Position numbers and translations under genes: made by a program | The notes under the pieces: generated by a model | Told to the model about the DNA's origin: nothing | The model's input: the letters and a program-made list of their open reading frames with translations, nothing else | The model's database searches: none | Part shown: positions 35,058-46,737 of the stretch, piece by piece | How the letters are laid out: each line of letters begins with the position of its first letter | How positions within the stretch are numbered: the first letter of the stretch is position 1 | Assembly (NCBI GenBank): GCA_964036045.1 | Contig: OZ038378.1 | Span: 190,526,001 to 190,590,000, forward strand | Length of the DNA stretch: 64,000 bases | DNA from: Eutreptiella sp. 'Long Island Sound 2002' | Taxonomy: Eukaryota > Protista > Euglenida | Direction of reading: 5' to 3'

Positions 35058-36957
35058 CGGCAGCCTGTTGGAAGGGCGTGCTGGCACAGGGGTGGTCAAC
35101 GGACCTATGCGCATCCAGGCGAGAGTACCGGGCCCGCAGGCAATTTATAGGGCAGAAATGTACGGCGTATGGATCGCGGCGTGCCTAGCCCAACCGGGGG
35201 ACTCCATCGTGCTTGACAACCGGGCTGCGGCTCGATGCGTCTCCAAGCCACCCAGCCCACAATCGTCCGACTATGATTTGCACGACGCAGCGTACCAGCT
35301 TATCTCCACCAAGGCACTCCAAGTACGTTGGGCACGTGGGCATCGGGACCCTAAAAAGGCGCATAGTTTGCAAGATTATCAGGACAGGATTGGCAACGAA
35401 TTGGCCGACCTCGCAGCCCGAGCGGGCAGTACCATGCACCCTTGCCGTGGTCTGGGCAGCACATCACCCGCGGATATCCTCTTGAACAGCCATGTAATGC
35501 CGTCCCCTGCCCGTAAGTGGATCATCAAATCACGCCCCCAGAAGCTGGTACCCGAGGCGCATTGGACGTCATGGCTGCCTTTGCGCGCGGTCAACCGAGA
35601 TAAGTGGGGTCCATGGCTGTGGGGGACACTGCGATTGCCGGGGTATGGGGCACCCTGGGAAACCGGGCCGGTGCTGTGCCCACGGTGTGGACAGCGCCAT
35701 GGCCTTGCAGTGCAGGAGTGCCTCTTGTCATGCCCCTCCGAATCCCGGTTTTGGGACATTTGGACCGACGCATGGGAGACATGGAAACCGGAGGCAACCA
35801 AGTGGCGACAAACGGCGTCCGCAGACGAACTGCGCATGTGCACCCGCTTGCAGTTCCCACACTCCCTTCAACGATCCTTCCTTCCAGTCCAGGCGCACCG
35901 GAGGGTGGTAGTTGCCACATGGCACTTCCACGTATTCCAGCGATTGCAGGCGTGGGTCGTTGACAAGCAGCAGCACGCCCCAACTTTCGTCAGCAATAAG
36001 CGGCCCACGCACATCGTCCCACCTGTTGCTGGGGCCCTGCCGCAGGTAGCTAAACCTACGGCCCGCAACATTTGGAACCACGTGAGAGGCGTACTGTCGA
36101 TCCCGCCGCGATCAGAGCCACGTTTCACAGATACTGCGCCCACGGTGGAGGAACTTCGGTGGCAATTGACACAAGCGGTCACCACTGCCGAGCGCACGTG
36201 GGTCTTGGAGGCCATGGCCCGGCACCACCATGTAGCACCGCCGCGCAAACGGCCCAGAGAACCGTCGCCGCCACCGGCACAGGCTCCGGCCTCACCGCCG
36301 CGCGAGTCTCGTGAAATTCATGCCGGACCCTTCCTGGAACAGGCCAGGCGGGTCATGCTACACGCCCAAATGCAGGCCGCACGACTCTGCCTGGAAGAGG
36401 TGGCGCAGGCACTCGCCCGGCAAGCCGTCACACAGAAGTCCCTCTTCTTGGCACACCACCACGAGCACTTGTGCCGGCAAGCGTACTTCCTCTACAAGGA
36501 ACACACGACGCGGTGGTATGTAGAAGCGCAACAGGCGGTCTACCACTTGTCCTGGATGGCGGATTCTCGCCGACTACGCTTCCGCCAGTGGCGAACGGCT
36601 GTACTCCTCGAGGCGCGGTCCACGGTGTCGCGCAAGCTCGCCGTGGCATCCTCGTGTTGGGAGCAGGCACATGTTTCGCTGTCCACCGGCATCCAAGCGG
36701 AAGAAGCATCCGAATGGCGGCATATGTCCCAAGTGCACGCGGTGACCCTTACGGCCTTACGGCGGACGACTTTGTCGGACCCCCGATGGGACATCCGAGG
36801 GGCCACCGCACAGCGCATGAAGCGCTTGCGGGACGAGAACCGACCCGAGACACACAAGAAACGGAGGACAGAGACGCCGGAGGTTCCTAGTGATCTCCAG
36901 GATATGGAAATCCCGCTGGAGGACATGGGCGATGTCATAGTCTTGACTGGATTGTAA
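34870..36957 (+). CDS. RNase H, Cys finger and C-terminal segment of ORF2 (frameshifted back to the APE frame)
   Basis: WYSDGS, YRAEMYG, VLDN, WARGH, GNELADLAA; CPRC...ECLLSC. Confidence 0.88.
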   Translation: MTSSHSSMMRTPTIAGLSRLYPTSTSNPCVPRAALVPCNPTLSSQAVPGTNMGQPTGSTWYSDGSLLEGRAGTGVVNGPMRIQARVPGPQAIYRAEMYGVWIAACLAQPGDSIVLDNRAAARCVSKPPSPQSSDYDLHDAAYQLISTKALQVRWARGHRDPKKAHSLQDYQDRIGNELADLAARAGSTMHPCRGLGSTSPADILLNSHVMPSPARKWIIKSRPQKLVPEAHWTSWLPLRAVNRDKWGPWLWGTLRLPGYGAPWETGPVLCPRCGQRHGLAVQECLLSCPSESRFWDIWTDAWETWKPEATKWRQTASADELRMCTRLQFPHSLQRSFLPVQAHRRVVVATWHFHVFQRLQAWVVDKQQHAPTFVSNKRPTHIVPPVAGALPQVAKPTARNIWNHVRGVLSIPPRSEPRFTDTAPTVEELRWQLTQAVTTAERTWVLEAMARHHHVAPPRKRPREPSPPPAQAPASPPRESREIHAGPFLEQARRVMLHAQMQAARLCLEEVAQALARQAVTQKSLFLAHHHEHLCRQAYFLYKEHTTRWYVEAQQAVYHLSWMADSRRLRFRQWRTAVLLEARSTVSRKLAVASSCWEQAHVSLSTGIQAEEASEWRHMSQVHAVTLTALRRTTLSDPRWDIRGATAQRMKRLRDENRPETHKKRRTETPEVPSDLQDMEIPLEDMGDVIVLTGL

Positions 36958-37183
36958 CACCCCGAGAGGTCCGGGAGGACGCGCATACCCGTGCAAACGG
37001 GGCGACAGGGGTGGGGCAAGGCGCAGGACTCGTTCCTCCCGCCACCCCGCCGCAGCCGTCTTGGTGAGGGTAGGTCATACCAAACCCATACCCAAAGTCG
37101 GCCCTGTCACTGACCCATGACCTGCTATGTGTACTCTCAATGGACACTTGGTGGAACTTCGGTCACGAGTTAAAAAAAAAAAA

Positions 37184-37562
37184 GACAGAGCGATCGGCCC
37201 TCCTGCACTGCATGATAAGTCAGGGCATGCAGATGGAGGAGCAAGGGCTCTGCATCCAAAGAGCTTCGGTGGCAAAACTTTGACCTGACGTGGTGTCAAT
37301 GGTATTGCGCTATTGACTGTGCTATGTTTGTGGGAAGGAGGGGTGTTTATCCAATTTTTGTGGCCAAAGTGTTTGCTCTCCGTCGGGGACATTTTTGGGA
37401 GAGGTACAAATCAGGATGTTCCGGGTGTATTTGCCGCAAAAGTAGAACAAGTACTGCACCAAGAATGGTCATAAATTTGGCGTTGTAAGGTTCTACCATC
37501 TTGGGGATGGTGTAGGAGGGTGTGCTTGGCTGTCAGGATTGTTTTTTTGAACCATCTATACC
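37184..37562 (+). repeat. Right copy of 379-bp direct duplication (candidate giant TSD)
   Basis: Begins directly after the A12 tail; unrelated flanking sequence resumes at 37563. Confidence 0.93.
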
Positions 37563-40500
37563 TTCCTCTCGGCCTGCGTAGTGCCATAGTGTTTTCTTTA
37601 GCACAAGTGGTCCACAGATTATCTGTTCTGGTGTCTTTTGCATGTAGTCTTGACCTGACGGGGGAGATAGGGAACAAGACTGTGCAACTGGGTTGTCAAA
37701 GGCTGGTTTGGGCACTGGGCCCTGGGTATCCGACGCGACAACCCGCCAGTGTGTATGATCCTCATCCCCCCCAGAATCATCATTTATTCCCCACACCCTC
37801 AAGGCCACTGAACGTGCCAATTGGGCCAATAAGGTGCCAAAAAGCGAAGAAAAACATTTTCTTGTCACTTTTGTGGGTTTGCATGCATATGGCACCCGCC
37901 ACAAGCCTCCCAGATACCCGAAATGGCCAACAACTTTTTTTGTGCGCCATTTTTGGCAGTTTTTGGAAGCCAGCACCTTCACTTGTGGGTCCCTTATGCG
38001 GCAGCCACTACTGAGTGTTTTGTTCAAGCTCTGTGTGCTTCAACTTCATACTCTAGGGATCATGCATTTCCTTCCTGGGACGGGGGGTGGGTGGGTTGAG
38101 GACCCCCTCCCTCCCCCGCTATCAGGTCCGAAATTCGATTGGCCCTGGGGCCTGCCAGCTCCCCCACCCTTGTGCCCCATATCGTCATGGTTACTTGAAG
38201 CCCCACCCTCCCTGTCTCCATTGGTTACCTGTTCGGCCCCAACAGGGAATGATCTTGAGCAAGCACCCCAGCCGCCGCGCAGCCACAGTCCAGTGAGCGA
38301 GCAAAGTGAAAGCACGCCGAAGAGCATTCCACATGGCATTATGGATCACAGGTTGTTTGCCTCGGGTGCATGCATGGTCTTGCATGATGTACCCCTGAAG
38401 GGGGTCGTGGGGGGGGGCCTCCTTTTTCTTCCCTGCTCCACGACAGATGGCCCTGCTCACCGCTTGGCTGAGTAGCACCGAGCGGGGGGGGGGGGGGATT
38501 ATGTGGTCGGTTGGTTGTTGTTTTGTGGTGGGGATGCTCCCCCGGACCATAGTAACCGCCATCACCAACACCACCAGCACCACCAACAACCTGAAGGGCT
38601 AACACCTTCTTACCCGGGCAAGGTCTTGGGGGGGGGGGGTGAGGGATCACAGCTAAAAAACTTGCAAACATTATTTTCGTGCGGGATCCGCACGCAGTCG
38701 ATCGCCAGTTTGTGCGTATTTGATGGCATCAATGTGAAGGATTTATCCGCATTTGCCCCCTCAACCACCATTTCCCTCTCCATTTGCCACGTATTTCTGA
38801 TTCCTGCAACAGCTTTGTCCCTCTGTTCAAATGCAACGCTTTCTTGTTCCAAGCTCTGATGCGTCCAGCACGATCCAAGGAGAGTTCAGCGCCACCATAG
38901 CCACGTTGGTGGCCAACCGGCAAAAGCAGAAGCAACCATGCAGAACCCTCCAGGAAATAACAGCAAACATTTGGAATCTGCAACCGTTGACGTGGAGCAG
39001 GGGACAGGCTTGTCTGGGCCACACTGATCATCCTTGTTGTCATCCTCCCCCTTCCCCGCCTTGAATAGTAACTGCCCCTGAATAGCAATCGGGCAGGGGG
39101 GGGGGGCTCACTTTTTTTTTTCCAGTTTTCCAAATCCCCTTAGAAGGTTGGATATTAGCTTCTCCTGTGTGTTTTCTGATTGGACAAGGTAGCAGCATTA
39201 TTGGTGTATTGCTGTGTAGTTCAAATTTTCTTGCATCCAAGGCACTACACTGTACCCTGTATCATGCAGAACACTTATTTTTTTCGCAATTTCAGCCATG
39301 GATGTCCGTTCCAGTGGCCCCTGTTGAGCATGTGCAGCTCTTCAAAGTCAAAGACTCCAAACAAAGTGGCGCACAGAGGCTGTCTCTAAGTAGAGCTGAA
39401 CATGCATCACAACAGGCAGTTTCCAGGTCTTTTGGTGGTTCATATGCACTAGTGTTTGCATGTTTTGCTTTGTGTCACGTGTCTTTTGTCCCCCAGGGTG
39501 GCGAAGGAACCGTCACTTTGGGTATGTTCCCCTGGTGGTGTGAGGATACCGTTGCGTGCAGGTGGCTACTGTTCAAGTGGGGGGACCCCACCCCCCAATG
39601 TCCTCCATCCCCTCCTGTTTTTTGTGGTGCCCCTCCCTCTCCGCCCTCGCTCTCGCTAGGGTGGTGCAGCCCAGCGGGGTCTAATGCAAATTTCCTTCAC
39701 TGACACTGTGTATCGGGCGCTTTTGCAGGCTGCATGCGCTGTGCACAAATCCCTGCACTGCCCGTCCCTTTGCAGTCACTTGCAATTTTCCTTGATGCCG
39801 GAAGAGGAGGCCACTGTCTGCCATTTGAGCCTTGCGGAAGTACAAGAGCTGCGACGTGCCCCTGCGACTCCGGGATCGGTGGTGGGACTGGCGACCTCTC
39901 CGTCTGCCAGTGCGCCGCGTCGCCCGGTGGTTCGCATGCCTCGAATCAACATGTATGCCTTTCTGGAGGGCTAAGGCCTCCCTTGCCCCCCCCCCCCCCC
40001 CTCTCCCCGCAACTGATGGACACCTACACGCGAAGCGTACGCACTCAGCCGACGACTTTTGGCGCTTTGGGCAACGAAGATGGTGGTGTGGCAGGCGGTC
40101 GGCGCCAACTGCGGAGAGCAAACCCTTTGTGGCTCCCCTCCCTCATCCGCTCGTTGGTTGAAATTGCTTAATGCCCCCCCTTCGCAGGCCATGTGTTGCA
40201 CTTCCAACATCATTCGTGGTGGAAAGTGCCGTCCTACTTTCACAGTCATGGAGGGGCGGAAGGGGAAGGGCTGCATGTGAAGTCTGCTGTCAGCGGAGCG
40301 GACATCAAGGGGGCAGTGATGGGGCAACGGCGAGAGCCATCCATACGTTGCAGCTGTGATGGGATACCTTTTGCCTCAAGTACTATGGTCCAATGCACTG
40401 TCAAGAACCCAGGCCAAGAAGGGGGTTGCCTGTTACCTGTTTCACAACGATTTTGCGTTTGGTGCCAGTAGTTGCTGCTGTCTAACTGCCTTCAAGTCTG

Positions 40501-40639
40501 CATACTCTGCCTTTGCCGACAAGGAACTAATATGAAAAGGGGGGGGGGGGGGGTCTGGGTGGGTCCCACAGAGGGCCACTTATTCAAAATTGATTTTCCC
40601 TCGGCCAAATTTTTCGTGAAGAATTTTTTTGGTGGATGG

Positions 40640-40790
40640 GTCTCAGAGCCAAGGTTAGCAATCACCTTGGTTTTGCCACAAGGGGTGGGGGGGTCATGTA
40701 CAAGACCTTGGCAGTACTAGCCAGCCGGCCACCCCCTTGATGCTTCAGTTGAAGTGTTTTTTGTAGGGACTGGACCCTATTCAAATATTC
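40640..40790 (+). repeat. Dispersed repeat segment, related copy at 45480-45630
   Basis: Shared ccaaggttagcaat.accttgg...gcttcag.tgaagtgttttttgtagggac.gga.ccctattcaaat. Confidence 0.65.
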
Positions 40791-40794
40791 CCAT

Positions 40795-43700
40795 CACCAA
40801 ACGAGCTGGAGGCTGCCGTCCATGGGGAGGTTGAGGCGACTGGTGCTGGGCGCCAACTGGCTGCGGAGGGGGGGGGGGCGTTTGTTGACAGGCCTGTGTT
40901 GGCCCAGCCACAGCCCAAGGGGGCCAAATATGTCTTTACGAGTGATGTCAACATTCTGCAGACTTCCAGCCCCGAGTACGAGGGGTGGGCCGCTTGGAGG
41001 GACTCCATGGAGGCCACGTTCAGGGCATTCATTAGGGACAACCACGCGGCAAAAATGGCGTGGGAGTACCGCATCATGCTCATGAAGCGGGGCTTGAATC
41101 AGGTGGGGGTGGATGTTGCCGTACAGTGGGTATCGCCTGGGCAGGAAACCCATGAAACGCTGCTGGCCATGGTGCTGTAGGAAACACACGCCCAGTGGTC
41201 CCTTGATGTTGTGGCGGCCGCATGGAAGTGCCGGGCGCAGGCGCCTAATGTGGGTGCGACTCCGAGGGACCAGCAAGCCGATGCTCTCGCACCTCCGCCC
41301 ACCGACCTGGTACATGCGGAAATAGCGGCTTTGGAGGCGCGCCCGTCCCAGCTCCGTGGCCCGTCCATCCTGCAATTGTATCTTGGCGAGCCGCAGGAGG
41401 TGGCGAAGGTGGCGGTTAGCCCCTTGCTATATGCGTGGCAGAAGTAGTTGGTGGACGCCCTGGTCATCTTCTTGCAGGCCGAGGCATCTCGGCATGGTCT
41501 GGCCTAGGCTGGCGCCCCCGGTGACTTAGCTAAGAGTGTTGGGAGGGCGCTTTGGCCCAAGTTGGGTGGCGGGCTGATGAGTTCACCGCACACCCAAAGA
41601 CGCACAAAGCTAGTCCTCCAGGTGTGTGCTTCCGCCGTGGGCTCCATGGCCACTGTGCCAAAGACTGCCCCTCGCAGGGACAACATCTGGCGCGTCAACA
41701 TCAATGGCGGGCGCTGTAGCCGTAGCAACAGGTGCTCAATCGGTGGGCAAATGGGGGCTTCACTGTGCAGAGTGATCAAACATTGTACACCACCTTTAGT
41801 ACTGGGTGTACCTACGACGCCCGTGGCCTGCCACCGTACCCGTGCATCCGCTGCAGTAGCATGCATGGTGGCACAAAGCCCCGCCCAGGCCCACCCATCG
41901 TTCCCGACGGCGTTCCCCCCCGCAGCACCAGCCGGCACCGCATCCGGTGCTCCTGCCACAGCCATGCAGTGCCCTTGCCCTAGCAGCCCTTTTGCTGAAG
42001 CGGGGGGGTTTCCCCCCTAGATGCCTTGCCTCCCTTGGCAAACCCGACAACGGGTGCACGGGGGAGGAGGGATGTGTGTGACCGTGGTAAGGCGGCCGAG
42101 CTCCATGGGGTCGCCACTGTCATCTACGACTTTTGGGCTACCGACTTTGGGCGCGAACCCAAGATGCTTGCCGTGCGCCGGTGGGCGGAAAGCACAGTGT
42201 TTGCATGGGCTCGCGAGTTGTGGCATGTCGGCCGCGCACCTGTACGCTGGACAGTCCAGAGCGGAGGCCCTTGTACGGTACCATGTCTACCTCGTGGTGG
42301 CGGGCAAGTCCCTGCATGGCCGCTCTGCGCGGCACCATTTCGGGCTCAGAAGCTCTAGTTGCCGCGGCCCACCATCCGCCGATACATTCGGCCATTGCCA
42401 CTAGGGCTTGAGTCGCCTATGACACCGAGCTTGGCCAGCAGCTGTGGGGCTCCTTTGCCATGTTGCGCACCATTTCCGAAGCAATGTGCACCGAAACCAA
42501 ATTTGCTACCCCCCACACCAACCGCCATGCGTGCACGCAAATATATACCGAGCCACAACAAGGGTTGTGGTCAGGCGCAAGTAGAGGAGCCCGCACCCAC
42601 AGAACAGGTTGCGACAAGCCAAGTGAGCGCCCACCCAGCGCAACAGCGCACATGTCTAGACAACGGCAGAACCTCGGCACCAGTCAGTACACCCCAACCC
42701 AACTACCCGGGGTAAGACTACATTACCCCCCGCCCCCTCTCTTGGGTGTGCGCATGCAGGCCGCCAGCCCAGCTCGCCCACACAACCGGGTGCATAAAAA
42801 ATTTAAGCCACAACGCGTGCCTGGGAGCACAAACAACACTGACACACACAAGAGCGCACGTGCATACAAATCAGCCAATGGACAGGGCTATGCGTCCATG
42901 GGCGGGGTATTGGGCGTGACCGCCCCTCCTACGCGTGGTTTTGTACCGTGTATTGCTGGCGCCGAGGCCCGCGCGCCACCTTGGGTGTACGGCCTTGCGG
43001 TTGGGCGTGTGCAGATTGGTGTGTAGTGTTGCGTTTGTCACAGAGCCTGTCACAGACCCTTCACTCTATGCCATGCATGGCAAGTGTGCTGTCTCGGCGG
43101 TTTGGTGTCATTTGTGCTCTAGATGTGGTTCGGCAGTTGGGCCACCGACACATTGATTTGGTTCTTGACAATGTGGGGGCGATATGTCAGGTCCTTTGGG
43201 GCAAGGACTCCACTGTGCTGGTTGCATAGCATCGCATTCTTCGACGCATTGTGTAGCGCTTGAGGTGGCAAGGGGTTTTTGTGGGTGCCGCTAGCCCCTC
43301 TAGTTTGTGCAATATGCGCCCGGTCTAGCCCAAGTTGCTTGCCCATCCACGCCAAGCTTTGTGTGGCATTCGAGACAGATTTCGGGCTAAATAGGAAACC
43401 CTTCCTCGCCAATGTGCCGCCGCGTGGCGGGCAACATGGATGGTCATGAGGCGGTCACGGCCAACGGAAACAGCATGTTGTCGAGATACTGCACGGCGAC
43501 AACCGGGGTATCTAGAAGCTCAAACAGGATGGCACCAATCACATGCTGGACCAGACTAGGTGCCTGGTGCCAGCCAAAGGGCACACGCACCAACACATAG
43601 GTGGTGCTAGCTGCAGCCACCCTTACCGCCCCTGCCATGCCACACAGGAGGCACAAACTCAAGTAGCAGTTGCTAAGGTCAATTTTAGCACCCCAGGCAC

Positions 43701-45360
43701 CACCAGGCACAGATCGCAGGAGGGCAGCCTGTCCCTCAAGCGAGGGTGGGTGCATTTGGCTCACTTTTGCGTGAGCACGCATGGTTTAAGGCCTGCATGT
43801 CAATAATGAGTGCATTTCAACTCAACGCGCTCTTATATTTAACAAACGCACGCGTGGTAGGGGAAAGCAATGACTTATGAAGAAGGTCATCAGCGTGCAG
43901 CCTCAAGAGGAGATCCGCCATTTTGGAGGAAGCAGACCAGGAAGGGGCGCACGCTCCCACTGCACTGAAGTGGGGGTCTGCCCACTGGGCCCAAAGGTGG
44001 TTTGGGACGGACACCGAGCCCGCTTGGCCATACTCACGGGGCGCTAGCTGAATGGTGACGGACTCCCTGTCTCCCAGGTGGGGCAACAACGCGACATCCG
44101 GCGGCCCGTGGGTCGCCATGTGGTGGAGTGTAGCGTGCAGAAGGGACACGTTGTCCGGGCTAACATTGGGCTTGTCCAACACCCACCGGTGCACTTCCGC
44201 CCACCACATGTGGAGTAGGCTTTTCGCCATGGCATAGTCCGCGGAGATGCACCTCGCTGCCAACACTGCAACGCCGCTGCATCCACGCCATGGTCATGTA
44301 TTGGCCTTGCGCACTTTTGGCAAGAGCGCTAGGGCGGGGACCAGCTGCCCCGCAACCCCACCGGGTCTAGCGATGGCGAGGGTATCCCTAGAGGGCTTGC
44401 GCTTGCGGCTGCCTCCAGTCATGGCTACCACCGACCTCCAGACGATACACCTCCGTGCCACCGGCGCGTCCTAAGTCTGTGGAGCCACACTGGAATGCGC
44501 ATGCGGGGCCTCCACGGCGCGCCACAAGTGCCCTGAAGCACGCGCATTTTGGCCCCGTTCTTCATGGGCCACTCCACGATTCTCGGCAGCAGCTTCTAGT
44601 ACCGCCTTGTCGGACTCGTCCCCCTCGTCATCACTGCCGACCATGATGAGGCAAGCATGGGTATGCAGTCCCAGCCCTAAGCCCTAGACTAGGAGTTCTC
44701 CCTTCCTGACTAGGGGCCGTGGCCGCACATTTTCGCCAGCAATGCCACCCTCCCACTCTGCACACAAACCGCGACAATGGGGGCCCCAAGAGCAACCATG
44801 GCCACTGCGGCATGCCGCCTTTAGTAGTGCCACGTGGCCCTTGTAGTGCCACGTGGCCTGCACCCAAAGGGACCCTCACAGGAGAAGTTGCATGCTGCGT
44901 CCTAGCCCTGCCTCGGAGAAGAGGGGCAGGTATAGGGCTCGCCAGCGCACAAACTCGCAGGATAGCAGGGCTTGCCGCCACCGCTCACCCCACACCCTGA
45001 GCTAGGCTGGCAGCCAGCGCCTCTTTGTCTTTCGATTTGAGCTCAGCCTGCCCGGCTCGCTGATGTCGTGCCCTATGGATATTGGCGGCCTCCCCCAAGC
45101 GGAGGTCGTGGCAGACGCTGAAGACTGTGCAACCCTACCCATTGGCTGATTTTGCACGCGCATGCGCTCCTGTGTGTTGCTCTTGTTGTCCTATGTTTTT
45201 GGCGCTCGCTGTGCCCCTGCGCAGGTGCATGCTCTGCTACCTACACCCCACTAAGGGCATGCAGCCCTGCTGTGACTTCATATATATGCACATGCACGCA
45301 TGAGCCCTATTGTGTGGGTTGGCTGGGCTGGCTGGCCCGCGTGGCTGGCCTACGTACACA
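40795..45360 (+). mobile_element. Degenerate, internally rearranged tyrosine-recombinase retrotransposon
   Basis: Plus strand: gag remnant with CFRRGLHGHCAKDC knuckle (~41620-41670), YR box-II-like CLPRGG...TIRRY (~42280-42390), RNase H-like IDLVLDNVGAI...HRILRRI (~43090-43280). Minus strand: RT KIDLSNCY, VPFGWHQAP, QYLDN (43444-43782). Confidence 0.7.
43119..43800 (-). pseudogene. DIRS-type reverse transcriptase fragment, inverted relative to gag/YR/RNase H
   Basis: ORFs 43444-43782 and 43119-43412: DLSNCY, PFGW, YLDN, GFLFSPKS, LAWMGK. Confidence 0.8.
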
Positions 45361-46102
45361 GACCCAAGATCCGGGGGGGGGGGGAGTTTTTTCACAGAGT
45401 AATTGTTTTGCTTGGAGTAGATTTGTGCCAGTGCGTTGTAGGGCGGGCACACGGGGGTCAGGGCCACCAGTACAAGCAAAACCAAGGTTAGCAATAACCT
45501 TGGTTGTGCCATGGGGCTGGGGGGAGGTCATGTACCAAACCTTGCAGACCTTGCACTATGAACCAGCTAGCCACCTCGATGCTGCTTCAGCTGAAGTGTT
45601 TTTTGTAGGGACCGGATCCCTATTCAAATGGCCCATGCGGGCGTTTGTCTACAAGGCAGCCGAATAAAGGCCGGTTGGGTTGCTGCCACCGTTGTCATCA
45701 TGTTCTTCAAAGAGCCCGGACCGCACCAGAGTAATTGTTTTGTTTTGAGCAGATTTGTGCCAGTGCATTGTAGGACAAGGAAGGGGGGTGAGAGCCACCA
45801 TTACAAGCATAACCAAAACGACCCCCCCCCCCCCCCCTCTCTTCTAAACAAGGCGTGTTTAGTGCCCATTGTCTGGTCTCCATGTGCTGCCATCCCAACA
45901 GTGCTGTAGCATGCCGCAGCATGAAAAAATTTTCCATGGGACTGTTGGGGCTTGTCCCCAACATCCCATCTGGGGCGCGGGGGGGGGGGGGGGGCAGGGT
46001 CATGGAGGCTGCCAAAAGTTTCTTGTGCTTATCTTATTTGTGACCAATCCCGGGACCTCTATCAATATGGATATGGGTGTGCGTGTGTGTTCGCGTTTCT
46101 AG

Positions 46103-46201
46103 GGCTGAAACAGGAACCGTGGAGGAGGTGTTGGAGGTGTTGCCCTGTCTGAGCGGCTTCGTTGCTTACTCTCTGAAGATGCTCCCCGAGCCCTCGTTTA
46201 G
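46103..46201 (+). CDS. Host gene exon (AETGTVEEVLEVLPCLSGFVAYSLKMLPEPSF), followed by a GC-AG intron
   Basis: tttctag| acceptor; 99 nt; ends AG|gc; joins in frame to the exon at 46371. Confidence 0.6.
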
Positions 46202-46370
46202 GCACCTGTGCTTAAGGAGCGATGCTTTCCCCCACCCCTGCATCCCTACCAGACTGAGGTTCATCCTGCCCCATCCGCTTCCATTTGTTCCCAACCGCTT
46301 TCTACCCCGTAGGAGGCTCCTTGTGTCAACCCCCAACAGCATTGTCTCGAGCTCTGGCACTTCCTTTCAG

Positions 46371-46600
46371 GTCTCCAACAGCACTCGGCATGAGTCCGCA
46401 TCCAACGACAACGAGTGGGCGCTGCGGTTCCTCCGACGCTACATCGGGGGAGGCGGCAATGCACAAGGCGGCGAGGCCCATGGCGGAATGCCTGCCTGAT
46501 CCCTCGGATGGGGTCTTGGGCCCAGAGGGCTGGCGACCAGGGCTCGACGGTGGAGATGCCTCTCTGGGCAAGTCGCGTGTGCCGTTGGCGAGGCATGTGA
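46371..46600 (+). CDS. Host gene exon (SPTALGMSPHP...), 3' end uncertain
   Basis: ttcctttcag| acceptor; phase-compatible with the previous exon. Confidence 0.5.
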
Positions 46601-46737
46601 CGTGCACTAGAGAGAAGGGAGAGGGGAGGGAGGGAAGGACGGACAGACGGAGGGACGGACGGACGGACGGAGGGGAGGGACGGATGGAGGGACGGAAGGA
46701 CGGATGGAGGGAGGGAGGGGGGGAGGGGAGGGAGGGA

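Larger units (their letters stand above)
27418..37183 (+). mobile_element. Non-LTR retrotransposon, 9.77 kb: ORF0 (RING-like), 2A, ORF1, leader, 2A, APE, RT, RNase H; A12 tail
   Basis: Poly(A) at 37172-37183 immediately before the right duplicate; domain motifs listed separately; frame open from first base (possible 5' truncation). Confidence 0.93.

Noticed and set aside
27039-37562. 379-bp repeats as LTRs
   Set aside because: No TG...CA ends, PBS or PPT; a poly(A) tail precedes the right copy; the internal domains are APE-type non-LTR
38760-38900. PAS-like phrase LSLDRAGRIRAWNKK on the minus strand
   Set aside because: Too short, and an overlapping frame looks equally protein-like; not supportable without a profile search
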